From assembly GCF_009914755.1 (NCBI RefSeq), contig NC_060925.1: a stretch of 64,000 bases of DNA, one strand, 5' to 3'. Under the pieces are notes generated by a model that was given only the letters and a program-made list of their open reading frames with translations, did not search any database and was not told the DNA's origin. Of the stretch, positions 44,034 to 57,194 are shown piece after piece. This stretch comes from the human T2T-CHM13v2.0 reference genome, Homo sapiens. Made by a program: the position numbers and the translations under genes. The first letter of the stretch is position 1. Each line of letters starts with the position of its first letter.

Positions 44034-45481
44034 CAGTCTTTATGGACTCACAATGGAAAAAGAACTCCTAACTTTTCTAATTTATCCTCCTTTTAACGAT
44101 AGAGGAGGAAACGCCCTGTTCCATTTCTTCTCAACTTCTGGAGACCTTCTGTTAAGTCTCATCTAACCATTAAATAGATCGTTTTCCATAGAATCTAAGG
44201 CCTAGATTTTACTCATAGTGATATTATCTACTTCAAAAGATATACTCTATGTTCTTCCTTTTGCCCTTCATAGTAAAGTGAACATAGTGCACACCTCCAC
44301 AATCTTAAAAAAAAATACTAACTTTCCTCCCAGTCTTGCCATAGGGCCCTCCATCCTTTTTGTAAGAAGATCTTTTTCCTTCTTGAAACCTTGGGAGTTG
44401 AGTGGCAGCCGTAAGTAGGAAGGAGGTGCCCTTGTCTTTGCTTGTTCTCTGTGCTCAGGGAAACTTCAGAAAGGTCAACTTGGCATCTAGGCTAGATTTA
44501 GTTATCTACTAGTTTAGGATCCTGCCTAAATCATCTGGTTTAGGATGGTTTAAGTTGATGGGGATGTGGAGAACTGAGTGTTAAATTTTCCTTTTCAGTT
44601 GAAAGAGTAGTTTCTGTTGCCAAGAAGAAGGAAATGGTACTTCAGCTTTCTTCGTGACAGCTTGAAATGTGCTCAAAATTATAAAATCTTAGACAATGAT
44701 GACTTAGATATTAGTATTTACCTAAGAATTTGCTGTTGTAGAAATCTACATTGCAGGCTATCAAAATTCTACCTGCTTGGTCTGAAGAAAGAAGAAAAAG
44801 AAACTGCAAATGAAGAGATAGGTAAAACTGTGAAGGTGCTATTGTTTTGTCAGAGTATAAATATTGGGTGTCATGTTTGGCAGGTAAGATCAGTAAAGTG
44901 GTTTTACAAAAGATTTTATATCCACTTGCTTCAGAGAAGCCAAGTGTCAACTTTAATTTTTACATATAAATAGAAGATAGAAACCTATTTATTTCAGATT
45001 ACATAATTTGTTTATTATTGCAGTCAGGCATTTGTTTGGATTCAGGGCATACTGGGACATCCATTATTGGAGCTGAATGTCAGGGTCTATGCTAGAAAAA
45101 AATGTAGAAAAGGATAAGAAGAAATAATTAAGTGTTTTCAGTGAACTACTTGGCTTGAATAGCACAGATTGTATTAGCCAAAAAGGAGTCAGGGTGGCAC
45201 CATAATTATTAAAGGAGGCAACACCTTAACATTAGTCTTTTTAAATATGTGTCATCTTGAATTTCATGTCTTTGATTGAATTGGGCTATAAGCATAGGCT
45301 TCTCTGGAGGTAAGTAGATTGAAAAGCACTCCTCAACAGAAAAGCTTAAAAGTAAATATCATCATAAGCATTCATTTAAAAAAGAAAGCCTGTTTTTGAT
45401 CCAGAAGTTGTGACTTTTCATTCTCTGTGATGTTGGTGATAACTCTTAATTCAATTGTGACCTTGTTTTTCTTCCTTTCAG

Positions 45482-45638
45482 ATGGGGCATTCTCTTCTCC
45501 CACCCTCGGGACTTTACCCCAGTGTGCACCACAGAGCTTGGCAGAGCTGCAAAGCTGGCACCAGAATTTGCCAAGAGGAATGTTAAGTTGATTGCCCTTT
45601 CAATAGACAGTGTTGAGGACCATCTTGCCTGGAGCAAG
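45482..45638 (+). CDS. PRDX6: PRDX6 coding exon 2 ([52 protein letters not shown])
   Basis: Polypyrimidine tract and AG at 45480-45481; donor GTTAGT at 45639. 157 nt. Carries the 1-Cys Prx motif PVCTTE with Cys47 TGC at 45525-45527 and His39 at 45501-45503. Absent from the ORF track. Confidence 0.99.
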
Positions 45639-45789
45639 GTTAGTATCAATTGGCATGTGCTTTGAGCCTGAGATTATAGGTCAAGTTATAAATTATGGAG
45701 TACTTGGTTTTGAGGTTAAGGTACAAGTAAGCCTTAGGTTCAAAGTTCACTAATTATTTGAAAATTTCAGTTGAACCACACAGTGATCA

Positions 45790-46655
45790 CATTGCTAAAT
45801 CCATTGGTCAGTCAATTCTCAGCCCTCCTCTTGGCCTGCCAGCAGCATTCAACCCAGCTGATCACTGTACCTCCTGAAACTTTTTCCTTTCTTGACTTCC
45901 AGGACACCACATTCTAGCTGTTCCTGCTCACTGATTCTTCATCTCCCAACTCCTAATTTATGCTGAAGTTACCCTGAACTTATTTCTTGGACCTCATCTC
46001 TTTTCTGTCTGCACTCTTTCCCTTGGTGAGCTCATCCACTCACCTTTAAATACCATCTATGTGCTGTGATTCTCAAATTTTCATCTCTATGCCAGACTCT
46101 TCCAGGTTCATATAACCACTGCCTACCTAGCATCTCTCCTGGGATGTCCAGTCATCTCAAACCTAGCATGTCTAACTAGGCCTCATTCTTAGATCCAGAG
46201 TTTTACTCATCTAAGCTAATGGCAACTACATTTTTATAGTTGTTCACACCCCAAATCCAGGAGCCATTCTGAATTCTTCATGTTTTTTCACATCATACAT
46301 CTGATTTATCCTCAAACTTGTCAGCTCTACCTTCAAAATATGTCCTGTATCATAGATAGAAGACTCACTTCCCAGGGATCTGTGTGACTTACCCTCACCT
46401 CTTTTGGGTCTCAACTCACAGGACATTTCATCAAAGCCTTTCTTGTCCTCATTATCTAAAATTATAACTCCTTTTCACGTTCACCATCCCCTTCTCCTCA
46501 GCACTCTGCATACTACCTATTTAGTTTGTTTGTTTCTTCCTAGTAGAGTATAAACTCAGCAGGAACAGAGACTCCTGTTTAGTGCACTGCTGGAACAATG
46601 CTCACTACTCAGTATATCCTAGGCGATCAGTCAATATTTGTTGAATGAATTAACT
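45790..46655 (+). mobile_element. L2 3' fragment in PRDX6 intron 2
   Basis: Pyrimidine-rich L2 body ending CAATATTTGTTGAATGAAT. Confidence 0.8.
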
Positions 46656-47513
46656 GAAGGAAATACCTACTTCTAGCAAAAGAATTTACTTGAACAGTAA
46701 ATTTGGTGGTCTGAATTTACCTTGAAAACATTTTAAGAACTTGACTGCACTGTGCTGTTAAGTAATAATGATAACTACTTTTTGAGGGATGTATACTAGA
46801 AACTATGTCAAACGTGCAGTTGAATAAAAGATGTATTGACTTGTGAGTTAGGGGTCTGTGGCTGCATCCTATAGCAGTTAATGCCAGTTAATCCTAAATA
46901 TCTGAGACTAGAAGAATCATGTGTAGGAGAAAAAAGAAGGGCAGTTATCTGTCTTGAAGTAGAATTTTTTTTCATTCCTTACACTTCTCAGTGAGTGGTA
47001 ACTGTAGTTTTTGCTATCATTTTTCATTTTCGTTTTTGCAGTTGAACATACTTTTTTCACTCAGAGAGTTGGAGGGACTTGCCCAAGACTGCCCAATGGC
47101 AATGAGATTTCAACCTCAAATCAATGTTCTTTTTAATGCAAGATGATAAAGAGTAGGATTTAGCCTAATTTAGGATAGAATAAAGCCAAATAATTTAGGA
47201 TAGGTTCTTTGGTGTTCATGGGTGTAATCTAATGCCCATGATGCAAGTGGCAGAGTAGAGAATTAGTGCACAGCAATAATTAAAGTGACATATTGCCAAA
47301 GGAAGCGGTTATAGCCCATTATATAATACCTTTTAAAGGACAGACGCATACTCAGGTTTATTTTACCTGCTGAGCTTCTGCCTTAGAAGTTTTCAGAATT
47401 GTGATTACATTGAATAGGAAAAAAGTCTGAACTATCAGAAGCAGTGCCGCAACTTTGACAAACAACTGATTATATAATAATCTGCCTCTAGCATGAGACT
47501 ATATTAATTATTA

Positions 47514-47807
<294 letters not shown>

Positions 47808-47976
47808 CTATGCCATCAAGCCCCTGTTTTACTTTCAAGCCTACACACAATAGACGTTATTCCAATTTTAAATCCTCTTTTCCATTACTTGCTAAACTCT
47901 ATCCAACTAAGTTCCTCACTCTCCTATCAATAGTTTATGTACAGAGTTGCCCACATGTTTCATTAATATCGTTCCT

Positions 47977-48295
47977 GGCCGGGCACAGTGGCTCTCGCCT
48001 GTAATCCCAACACTCTGGGAGGCTGAGGCAGGTGGATCACAAGGTTAGGAGTTCAAGGCCAGCCTGGCCAAGATGGCGAAACCCCGTTTCTACTAAAAAT
48101 ACAAAAAAAAATTAGCCGGTGTGGTGGCGGGTGCCTGTAATCCCAGCTATTCAGGAGGCTGAGGCAGAGAATTGCTTGAACCTGGGAGGCGGAGGTTGCA
48201 GTGAGCCAAGGTTGCGGTGAGCCAAGTTCGCACCAGTGCACTCCAGCCTGGGCGACAGCAAGACTCTGTCTCAAAAAAAAAAAAAAAAAAAAAAA
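47977..48295 (+). mobile_element. AluS in intron 2
   Basis: Full dimer with an internal 16-bp duplication (GGTTGCAGTGAGCCAA / GGTTGCGGTGAGCCAA). Confidence 0.95.
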
Positions 48296-48330
48296 TTATA
48301 TATATATATATTTATATATATATATATATT

Positions 48331-48362
<32 letters not shown>

Positions 48363-48425
48363 CATATGCACACGTATATAATATATATACACATATATAT
48401 ATGTGTGTGTGCATATATATATATA
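48296..48425. repeat. Compound (TA)n/(CA)n/(TG)n microsatellite
   Basis: Directly visible; follows the Alu poly(A) tail. Confidence 0.95.
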
Positions 48426-49517
48426 GTTCCTGATTCCTAGAATGCCTTTCTTTTCTCTGTGAAAAATCTTACCCATCCTTCAAGGGCCTAGATAGAAGTC
48501 CTGTTCTTTTCTTGAAGCCTTTTGTAACTTTTGGAGTCCTACAAATGGGAGTGTTCGTATACTTCAGTATTTACCATCCACCATTTAACATTAGTCTTGC
48601 ATTTGCTGCTGCTTCATACTGGAATCATCTCTAACCAAATGAGAAGTTCCTTTGAAGGGAGGAGCCGTGTCTTACTCATCTGTATTCCACATGTATTTAC
48701 CATAATGCTTAGCCCACCTTAAGTGCTATATCAATGCTTAATCAAATAACAAAACTAGATTTTTTTTTTCTCCAAAAGCTTCCAGGGATAGGAAAAGTAG
48801 AAATAAATGGATGAATAAAGTTTTACTAGGGAAGGAGGGAAGTGTATCATTTTTCTTTAGTTCAGACTTGAAATGCTTTGTTTTCTCTTTGAATTTCACC
48901 CTAGTTTAGGTTTACTTCTGCCTCTTCACCCATTTATTTTTGACTTGTCCTTCAAGTATATATTCAACTCTCCATTCTTGTGTTTGCTTTGTTTTGTGAT
49001 TTGTTTTTTTTTTTTTGGTCATTTCTTATTTGTCTTGTAACTTAGCATCTGAGTCAGGGTGCTTTATGAGGTAGGGACCAGATCTATAAGATTTTCTTTA
49101 CATATGGCATTATTTCTAGATGTGATGGATTTAACAAACCTATTGTTATCTGATGATTTTTACAGTATTTGGGTACCCAGAGGTACCTTGTATTTGGATC
49201 TAACTAAATTATTGCAATTTTAAAGGGGTTGCTGCTATTTTCTCATAGCAGTAAAAGCATGCTGAATTTAAGAGAACTGGGCATGAAAACAGCTTTGGTC
49301 CATGATTACAACCTAAGTACTGTACTCTGCTGTTATTCCTGGCAATAATTGGAATGAAGAGTGTTCATCTACTCACTTTTTAAAATTAAAATTGCTTAAA
49401 GAAAATTACTGTGATTTGGTCCTCTTTCCTGTCTTGCAAGGTGATGGCTGTTAACTGATGAAATTCAGAGCATGTGTTGGGTTTAGATTCCTCTTTCCCC
49501 TTTTACTTGTGTTTCAG

Positions 49518-49664
49518 GATATCAATGCTTACAATTGTGAAGAGCCCACAGAAAAGTTACCTTTTCCCATCATCGATGATAGGAATCGGGAGCTTGCCAT
49601 CCTGTTGGGCATGCTGGATCCAGCAGAGAAGGATGAAAAGGGCATGCCTGTGACAGCTCGTGTG
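49518..49664 (+). CDS. PRDX6: PRDX6 coding exon 3 (DINAYNCEEPTEKLPFPII...GMPVTARV)
   Basis: TTTCAG acceptor and GTAGGT donor. 147 nt, phase 0/0. Arg132 at 49659-49661. Lies within ORF 49458..49694. Confidence 0.99.
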
Positions 49665-50411
49665 GTAGGTCATACAAATTCATTTTGTAGTTAGCTTAAC
49701 TGATCAGGCTGTATGTCCGTGTAAATGCTGGTACCAGCTAGAGGAGATAGGGGAATATCTACGATTATGAAATAACTGTGTATTGGCGACAATATCACTG
49801 ATTATCTGTAATGCTGATGCAATTTTCAGCTAAATTTTCCAACTGCTTTATTCATAGTTCATGGAAATCTACAAAAAAAAAGTTGTTTATCCTAAAATGT
49901 CTTCCAGAATTGAGAAACCTTTTCATAGCTCTCCTGACTGCTCTCCTGACCGCCCTGTCTTTAAAGTGATGGGCCATATCCTTCTTCATAAGGCAGCTCT
50001 GTTTTAAATTTTTATTTGTTCTGTCCTCCGCCCACTAGAAAACAAACCCAATCCCTCATCTGAATAAATGCACAACTATTCAAGGAACAATATCAACTCC
50101 CATTAGTATTATTTTTATGATAGTCATCCCCAATTGACACAGCCTTTCCCTCGATTAAATTTGCATATCAGTTTTTCTTACTGGGAAAGCCAGAACCAAA
50201 TAGAATTCCCTTCTACGTTTAGAAAATAACAGGGAGAAGAAAATTATCTGTATTCCAGCCATCCACATTAGCAGTTGGTGTATCCTTCTAGATGCTTTGT
50301 TTTTGTCTTGTTTTTATACCCTTGAACATTATTAATGACTGCAGAGCTTTCTAAGTGGCTTTAATAACACTCAAAGAACTCTTCCTATTTATGCCCCTCT
50401 GTGCTTTACAG

Positions 50412-50558
50412 GTGTTTGTTTTTGGTCCTGATAAGAAGCTGAAGCTGTCTATCCTCTACCCAGCTACCACTGGCAGGAACTTTGATGAGATTCTCAGGGT
50501 AGTCATCTCTCTCCAGCTGACAGCAGAAAAAAGGGTTGCCACCCCAGTTGATTGGAAG
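50412..50558 (+). CDS. PRDX6: PRDX6 coding exon 4 ([30 protein letters not shown]...ATPVDWK)
   Basis: TTACAG acceptor and GTAAAG donor. 147 nt, phase 0/0. Asp140 at 50430-50432, Thr177 at 50541-50543. Confidence 0.99.
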
Positions 50559-51169
50559 GTAAAGATGTTTTTAAAAAGCAGTTTCTCTACTTGCCTGAAG
50601 GGCCAGTCTCTAAATGGCCAACTTCAAGGTCTGTGTTACCTGTTTCTAGCACGCAAGTACACTGGGAGGATTTTTCCTCATGGCTGAGTTCAAGATTTGC
50701 TGAAAGGCCCTTTTCAAGGTCTTTATAACACCTTTTATACACAACACAAACTCCCTATATGGCTTTCCAACTTTTAGATAATTTGGAAAAATTATTGGTC
50801 AGAATGATTCCTTTTCCTAATAGAAGGTTTAAAAAAAAAAATTTTATCTAACCCTTCCCTGATGGCAAAATATTTATCGCACAATCTTAATTGGCCATTT
50901 CCGTTAAGTCATGGCTGTAAAAGTACTGGTGTATTAATGTCATTAAGTATTTAATTTCTCTTAAGCTTCATTCTTTTAAACCTGTGCTAGAATTCTCCAA
51001 AATTTGTTCATAAACTTTTCATCTTTAGGACATGGATAACATCACAAGAGTATCTTAACATTGCTACATTTTTAAAATAATGCTAACCTGAATAGCAGGT
51101 TTTGTTTTGTTTTTTTCTGACAGACAAATCACTTAAATTCTGTATCCACTAGTTAACTTATTATTACTT

Positions 51170-51640
51170 ATTTATGTACTTATTGAGCCCAGATAGTAGT
51201 GAACTGGGGAGATAGCAGTGAATAATAGAAAGTCCTTGCCCTCATAGAACTTCCATTCCAGTGAGTGGAGACAAACAGTAAACAAGTTTATTAAGTGGTG
51301 ATAACAGGTGCTACAGGGAAGAATCAAGCACAGATGGGGAGAATAACAGCACAGGGGTGGGAGAGTGACTGTCAAGGAATGCCTGTCTATGAAGGGACCT
51401 TTGGAGAAAAACACAGAGAAGATGTGACCAAGGCATGTATACTTGTGAGGGACGAGCACTATGGGCAGAAGGAGCAGTTAGTGCAAGAAACTGGGCCTAC
51501 AAGTGAGCTTGGCATGTTGGAGGAATACAAGGAAAGCTAGCATGCTTGGAGAAGAAGCTGCAGAAGGTGGGGTGAGGGACAAGAGATGAGAGGAGGCAGG
51601 ATTCCATCACACAGGGCTTGCAGGCCATGATACTCAGAAT
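51170..51640 (-). mobile_element. L2 fragment in intron 4
   Basis: TTATTGAGC...GGGGAGATAGCAGTGAATAA...GTCCTTGCCCTCATAGAACTT. Confidence 0.65.
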
Positions 51641-51891
51641 TAAATGTAAAGTGTGGTGGCCAGCTGTTACTGGGTTTAAAACAGGACTGTTTCTTGTTAA
51701 GATGGGGGAACTGCTTTCCTGCCAAAAGTGCCAAAGATCAACTTGGAAAACAAAATCCTCACAGAGGGGAGAGTAAAGAACACTTGATTAGTCTCATTAG
51801 CACCTGTAGCTACTTTTCTAAAGTTAATTCCTGAAGGCCTTGAAGCTTCACTATGAGATTGAATTTCACCATTCTCAATGTCTTTCAATAG

Positions 51892-52020
51892 GATGGGGAT
51901 AGTGTGATGGTCCTTCCAACCATCCCTGAAGAAGAAGCCAAAAAACTTTTCCCGAAAGGAGTCTTCACCAAAGAGCTCCCATCTGGCAAGAAATACCTCC
52001 GCTACACACCCCAGCCTTAA
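51892..52020 (+). CDS. PRDX6: PRDX6 coding exon 5 (DGDSVMVLPTIPEEEAKKLFPKGVFTKELPSGKKYLRYTPQP*)
   Basis: AATAG acceptor; TAA at 52018-52020. Exon sum 95+157+147+147+129 = 675 nt = 224 aa + stop, the known PRDX6 length. Confidence 0.99.
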   Translation, partial: DGDSVMVLPTIPEEEAKKLFPKGVFTKELPSGKKYLRYTPQP

Positions 52021-52149
52021 GTCTCTTGGAGAAGTTGGTGCTGTGAGCCAGAGGATGTCAGCTGCCAATTGTGTTTTCCTGCAGCAATTCCATAAACACA
52101 TCCTGGTGTCATCACAGCCAAGGTTTTTAGGTTGCTATACCAATGGCTT

Positions 52150-52155
52150 ATTAAA
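52150..52155 (+). terminator. Candidate proximal poly(A) signal ATTAAA
   Basis: Second most common hexamer, 130 nt after the stop codon, followed by T-rich sequence. Confidence 0.5.
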
Positions 52156-52475
52156 TGAAAATGGCACTAAAAGTTTCTTGAGATTCTTTATACTCTCTGC
52201 CTTCAGCAATCAATTCCATTCATACATCAGCACTCTGCTGGTTCTGTTTGAAATATGTTCTGTATTTAAAACTCAAATCTTGTTGGATCTCTGCAGGGCT
52301 TGTGACCAATGAAGTCATATTTGTTGATGGTTGACAAAGCTTGCTTCACTCCATCAGAGAATGACTATCAATTTTTTTTTAACTGTCCTATCACGTCCTC
52401 TCCTGTCACCCATTTTGAAGAGTGGCAGAACTTGAAGTTCAACTTCCTCTGTAAATATCCAAGTATAAAGCCCAG

Positions 52476-52588
52476 GAACTTCTAGAATAACCCAGATGCG
52501 CTTTAATTTTTTTTAATATGTTTTGATCACAGAACTTCTAGAATAACCCAGATGCTCTTTCATATTCTTTTAATACATCTTGATCACA
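52476..52588 (+). repeat. Two-copy 56/57-bp tandem duplication in the PRDX6 3' UTR
   Basis: GAACTTCTAGAATAACCCAGATGC is identical at 52476 and 52532; both units end TTGATCACA. Confidence 0.9.
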
Positions 52589-52939
52589 GCTGGGGGAAAA
52601 AAAGCTTTTTAATTCTGTACCTTCCTAGTAGATAAGTGAAGAGCAGGGAAAGAGACCTTTAAATATTTTGCTATAAAAAAATTTGTGATAAGTTTCTATC
52701 AAAATGGGGAGATTGCAGAAAAGGCTTCCCTTGGCTCCCAAGGAGGTGTAGCAGGTGTGAGCAATATTAGTGCCATGTGCCTTTCACACAGGGTTTGCAT
52801 TTATCAGTCTGTTTTCCGATGATGTGTACATGAAAGAGTACACCATGTGAAGAGAAGAGAGAATGATTGAAAATGTTTTAGTATAGAACTCTTCTTGCAG
52901 TGGGTTGCTATTTTCTAGATTTTACTTTTTAGGGAACAA

Positions 52940-52945
52940 AATAAA
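52940..52945 (+). terminator. Distal poly(A) signal AATAAA
   Basis: Canonical hexamer with a U-rich upstream tract and GT/T-rich sequence (ttctgttgtc) downstream. Confidence 0.8.
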
Positions 52946-53374
52946 ATCCTTTGTTAAAACTGGGTCAGAGAATTCTGTTGTCATATTTTGAAGTATCAGA
53001 TTTATGTCCTAAAGGGCAGAGGCTTCCTTCTTCCTAGGATTGGCATGAGTAATTTCTTCCAAAGACAGATACATAAGATTTTATATAATGAAAATGGAGG
53101 AACAGCTGAAGAACGTGTGATGTCACCACATATCTTGGTCCACTTTGCTCCTTCATGTTACTTGTTTGGATCCTACAGTCCCATGATGTTATGATCCCTG
53201 GTATAAAGAGCTCTCTTAACCTAATTCCTTAATGGGATTGCTGGGTGTAGGAATGTGAACCTCAAAGATAATGGTACATCTGTGCTTTTTGCTGCTCTGA
53301 ACTAATACTCTCTCAGACTTTGATTATACTCTACTAATAAGTGTCAGGTTTAGAAAAGGGTGTCCCATTTACGA

Positions 53375-53725
53375 TGTCTTAGTCTGCTTGGGCTGCTATA
53401 GCAAAAATACTACAGACTGGGTGGCTTAAACAACAAACATTTCTCACATTTCTGGAGACTGGAAGTCCAAGATCAAAGCACTGGTAAATCCTGTCTGGCG
53501 AGGACCTGCTTCCTGGGTTGTAGTTTGCTGCCTTCTTGTTGTATCCTCACATGACCAAGAGAGGGATCATCGCTCAACGTCTCATAAGGTCACTAATCCC
53601 ATTCACGAAGGCTCCACCCTCATGACCTAATAATTACCTCCCAAAGGCCCTTCATCCAAATACTATCACACTGGGGATTAGGCTTTAACATAAGAATGTT
53701 GAGGAGACACATTCAGTCCATAGCA
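53375..53725 (-). mobile_element. MLT1A-type MaLR LTR
   Basis: TGTCTTAGTCTGCTTGGGCTGCTATAGC...GGAAGTCCAAGATCAA...CATTCAGTCCATAGCA. Confidence 0.8.
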
Positions 53726-53752
53726 CCTGGTATAAGTCCTTTGTATGAAACC

Positions 53753-54054
<302 letters not shown>

Positions 54055-54302
54055 AAAACCTCTATATTTTTATTGAGTAGAATAATGTAAAACAAGCCCT
54101 AATGCCACATGAGAGACAAGTCATTAAGCCTTTAGTTTCCTTGATTACTCCACATGTAGAATTTGAGTAACACTAAGAAGGTCAAGAACGTAGGTAGAAA
54201 TTCCAATTCTGGGGAATGCTGGTTTGAAAGAGACAAAAGGGCTAGCTAGCTTCCTGCTCTCATTCCTCCCCATTTCAGTATATTTTGCCCTGAGCTAATA
54301 CT

Positions 54303-54427
54303 GCTGAGCATGGTGGCATGCGCCTGTAGTTCCAGCTACTTGGGAGGCTGAGAGCAGAAGGATTGCTGGAGCACAGGAGTTCAAGTCTAACCTGGGCAAC
54401 ATAGACCCAGTCTCTTAAATAAATAAA
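54303..54427 (+). mobile_element. FLAM monomer
   Basis: Single-arm Alu-like sequence with a (TAAA)n tail. Confidence 0.7.
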
Positions 54428-54978
54428 TGCTCTCTGTCCTCTTACAGCAAATCTGACTATCCCCGGCTCCTGTTGTTTCCCTATCAGGGTCCTTACTGCT
54501 CTCTTCTCTTCACTTGGATATTTGCCTCTTTTGTTCTTGCCTCTCTCATGGAGAGTCTGGCTTCACCTTTTTTATGGTGCTAGTTCAGAGTTTAAATCTC
54601 CAACATGAGTTACTCAGATTGGAATCTTGTTTACAGATGGATGGAATATTTGCTGTTTAATTTGCAAATTCTAAATGGGATTCGTCGACGTTTTCTCCAA
54701 CCTCAAACCTATCTATTGTCCCTCTTACCTCTTATTCAGCCTTGGTGTGTGCTTGGCTATATATACTATTCTACCAGTATAGATGATGTCAGTATAAAAA
54801 TGCTGAAAGAGAGCTCAAAGAAAATGGGTCATGTACCCTCAAATTGAATTCTGGTTCTGTCACTAAGCAGCCATGAAGCCATGAGACCTTGTGCAAGTAT
54901 TCTTTTCCAAACATAAAATATTACCTAATGAATATGCATTTCCAGGGTAGAAGTGATCCTTAAGTACATTTTTAAACA

Positions 54979-55300
54979 CAGTCATGCATTGCTTAATGAC
55001 CGGGATATATTCTAAGAAAAGCACCATTAGCCAATTTCTTTGTTGTGTGAACATTACATAGAGTGTACTTATACAAACCTAGATGGTATATATTTTTATT
55101 TTCTATATATTTTATCATATTGAAAACCAAATGTCCCAGCATCATTACTGAATATCAGTCATTTCCCTGCTTGATCTGCAATGCCAACATCAAATGCAAT
55201 ATATTAGGTTTCTATAAATGCTCCGTTAAAGGCTTATGGGACCACTGTCATAAATGTGGTCCATCATTTGTCTGAAGCACTGTTACGTGACGCATGACTG
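54979..55300. mobile_element. Short Tigger3-derived MITE
   Basis: TIRs CAGTCATGC...GCATGACTG. The first ~110 bp match the left end of the element at 36495. Confidence 0.8.
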
Positions 55301-56424
55301 TAACACTATTAGGCAGGGAGAGTAGAGTCCCCTTATGAGAATTGCTGCCCTCAATTTTCATAGAAAAGAATAAATTTCATTATGCATCCAATGATTTATT
55401 TATAGCAAGTGAATTAATGTGTGGCTACTGCAGCTATGAAAGAAATACAACTTCAGAGGCAGTCTATGCGACCTCAAAGAGTTAGGAAATGCTTTGGCTA
55501 GTCTTCTAAGGTGACCAAAGTGATAGACCTGTGATTCCTTTGTTGTGGTCTTGTCAAAAGTCTGATCTTACCCCCAACCTCCAACCAAAAGATAGGGATC
55601 TGCAGTGAGAAGCTCAGCAAAGGGATGAGAAGCCAGAATGGCTGTGCCTAAATGGCCAAGTCAGGATGCCAATTACTGGGTGCAGTGAACTGGCATAGGG
55701 ATATACTCCCTCACATCCATTTGAGCCTTCCTCTTTGAAACAATGCAAATTGAGGAAATGCTGACAACTTTGATTCTAGCTAAATGGGCATAGCGTTAAC
55801 TGGTTAAAAGGCCATCGCTACCCTCTTGTCATTCAGAAATGGCCATGTAGTTCACTTCTTGCTGATGAGACACAAATGGAGGATTGTTGGAGGTTTCTAG
55901 AATTCTTTCTCACTCTGGAGAGCAATTGTAAGCATTTGTTTGTCTCCCACTGGATATAAACAAGAAAACATGAAGCACTAATTGCTGCTGGTAGCTGTCT
56001 TACAACCTAGGAGTAGTGAATCAGCCATAGAATGAGGCTGAAAAGGTAAACAGCAGAGTGGAGAGAAAGAAAAACTGATATTTGATGACCTTCACTGAGT
56101 CTACCAATCACAAATATGTCCTGCCTTTTAACTTGCATTACATAAAAATTTCTTTAGTATTTAAGTCTGAGTTGGGTTTTCTGGTACTTGCAGCCCACAG
56201 TATCCTAACATATGCATGGGATGAAGTATTATCCTCTAGTTGTCTCAAATATATGGTGATGTACTGCCTCCTAAACAAACAGACGTATGTTTTCTTCTAC
56301 TACTCTATCACCTATACTTATGGAACTCAGGCTTCAATCTGCACTAAACCACCTGAGGAGCACATTAAAATGCAGAGCCCAAAGGCCTACCCTCAGGGAT
56401 TGATTCCATAGGTGGCTATAAATC

Positions 56425-56570
56425 CATTTTATTTAACTTTAAAACAATATTTTAGACACAGGGTCTCACTATGTTGTCCAGGCTAGCCTCCAACTCCTGA
56501 GCTTAAGGGATTCTTCTGCCTCAGCCTCCTGAGCAGCTGGGATTACAGGCACATACCACCACACACAGCT
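56425..56570 (-). mobile_element. FLAM monomer inside a MER5-like MITE
   Basis: AGGGTCTCACTATGTTGTCCAGGCT...GGGATTACAGGCAC. Confidence 0.7.
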
Positions 56571-57194
56571 CACAAATTCACTTTTGACAACCCAGGTGAC
56601 CTGTGACAGAATACAACAAATACTGCTGTTGTTCCACCAATACCCATTTCCCTCTTAAGCCTTACTAAGAACACCAAGATTGCATTAGGGTAACAAGGTG
56701 AGGTGCCATTTCATCTCAAGGTGAATTTTGAAATAGGTGTGGCCATGTGACAGTTCTGGCCTAGGGTCAGGTCCCTTCCTAACTGAAAAGGCAAAGCCTC
56801 ATTAGGGGAAAGCTCTTAGCCCTACTCCTGAAAAACAATCGGGAGGCCTGGTGTTAACAGGTGTTGTTTTGCCACCATGAGGATAAATATCACAAGCCAA
56901 GGATGAAGAAGAAGTAGGCTACAGGAACCCTGGGTCCATAATAACATCCTGAAGCAGCTGCACCACTCCTGTCTGCCTATTTCCAGACATCCTATTAAAC
57001 TGGAAAGATGAACCCCTATGTGGTTATGCCACTGTGGTCAGGTTTCTGTAATGTTCAGAAACACCTCATATTTGTTGACACACAGATGCTCCAAGGACCA
57101 TGCTGAGAAATACTGCCTTATTAAGCTAGGTATAGAAGTTTCTTAATAGTTTGAACTTGATTTCTTCTCTTGTATTCCCTTCTATTCTTACCTC

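Larger units (their letters stand above)
52021..52965 (+). other. PRDX6: PRDX6 3' UTR (end approximate)
   Basis: Follows the stop codon up to ~20 nt past AATAAA at 52940-52945. The cleavage site is inferred. Confidence 0.8.

Noticed and set aside
52475-52545. Heat-shock elements in the duplicated TTCTAGAA
   Set aside because: Only two correctly spaced nGAAn units per copy (the third is imperfect), and located in the 3' UTR.
52021-52965. SECIS element / selenocysteine recoding
   Set aside because: No in-frame TGA in the CDS, the stop is TAA, and PRDX6 is a known non-selenium peroxidase.
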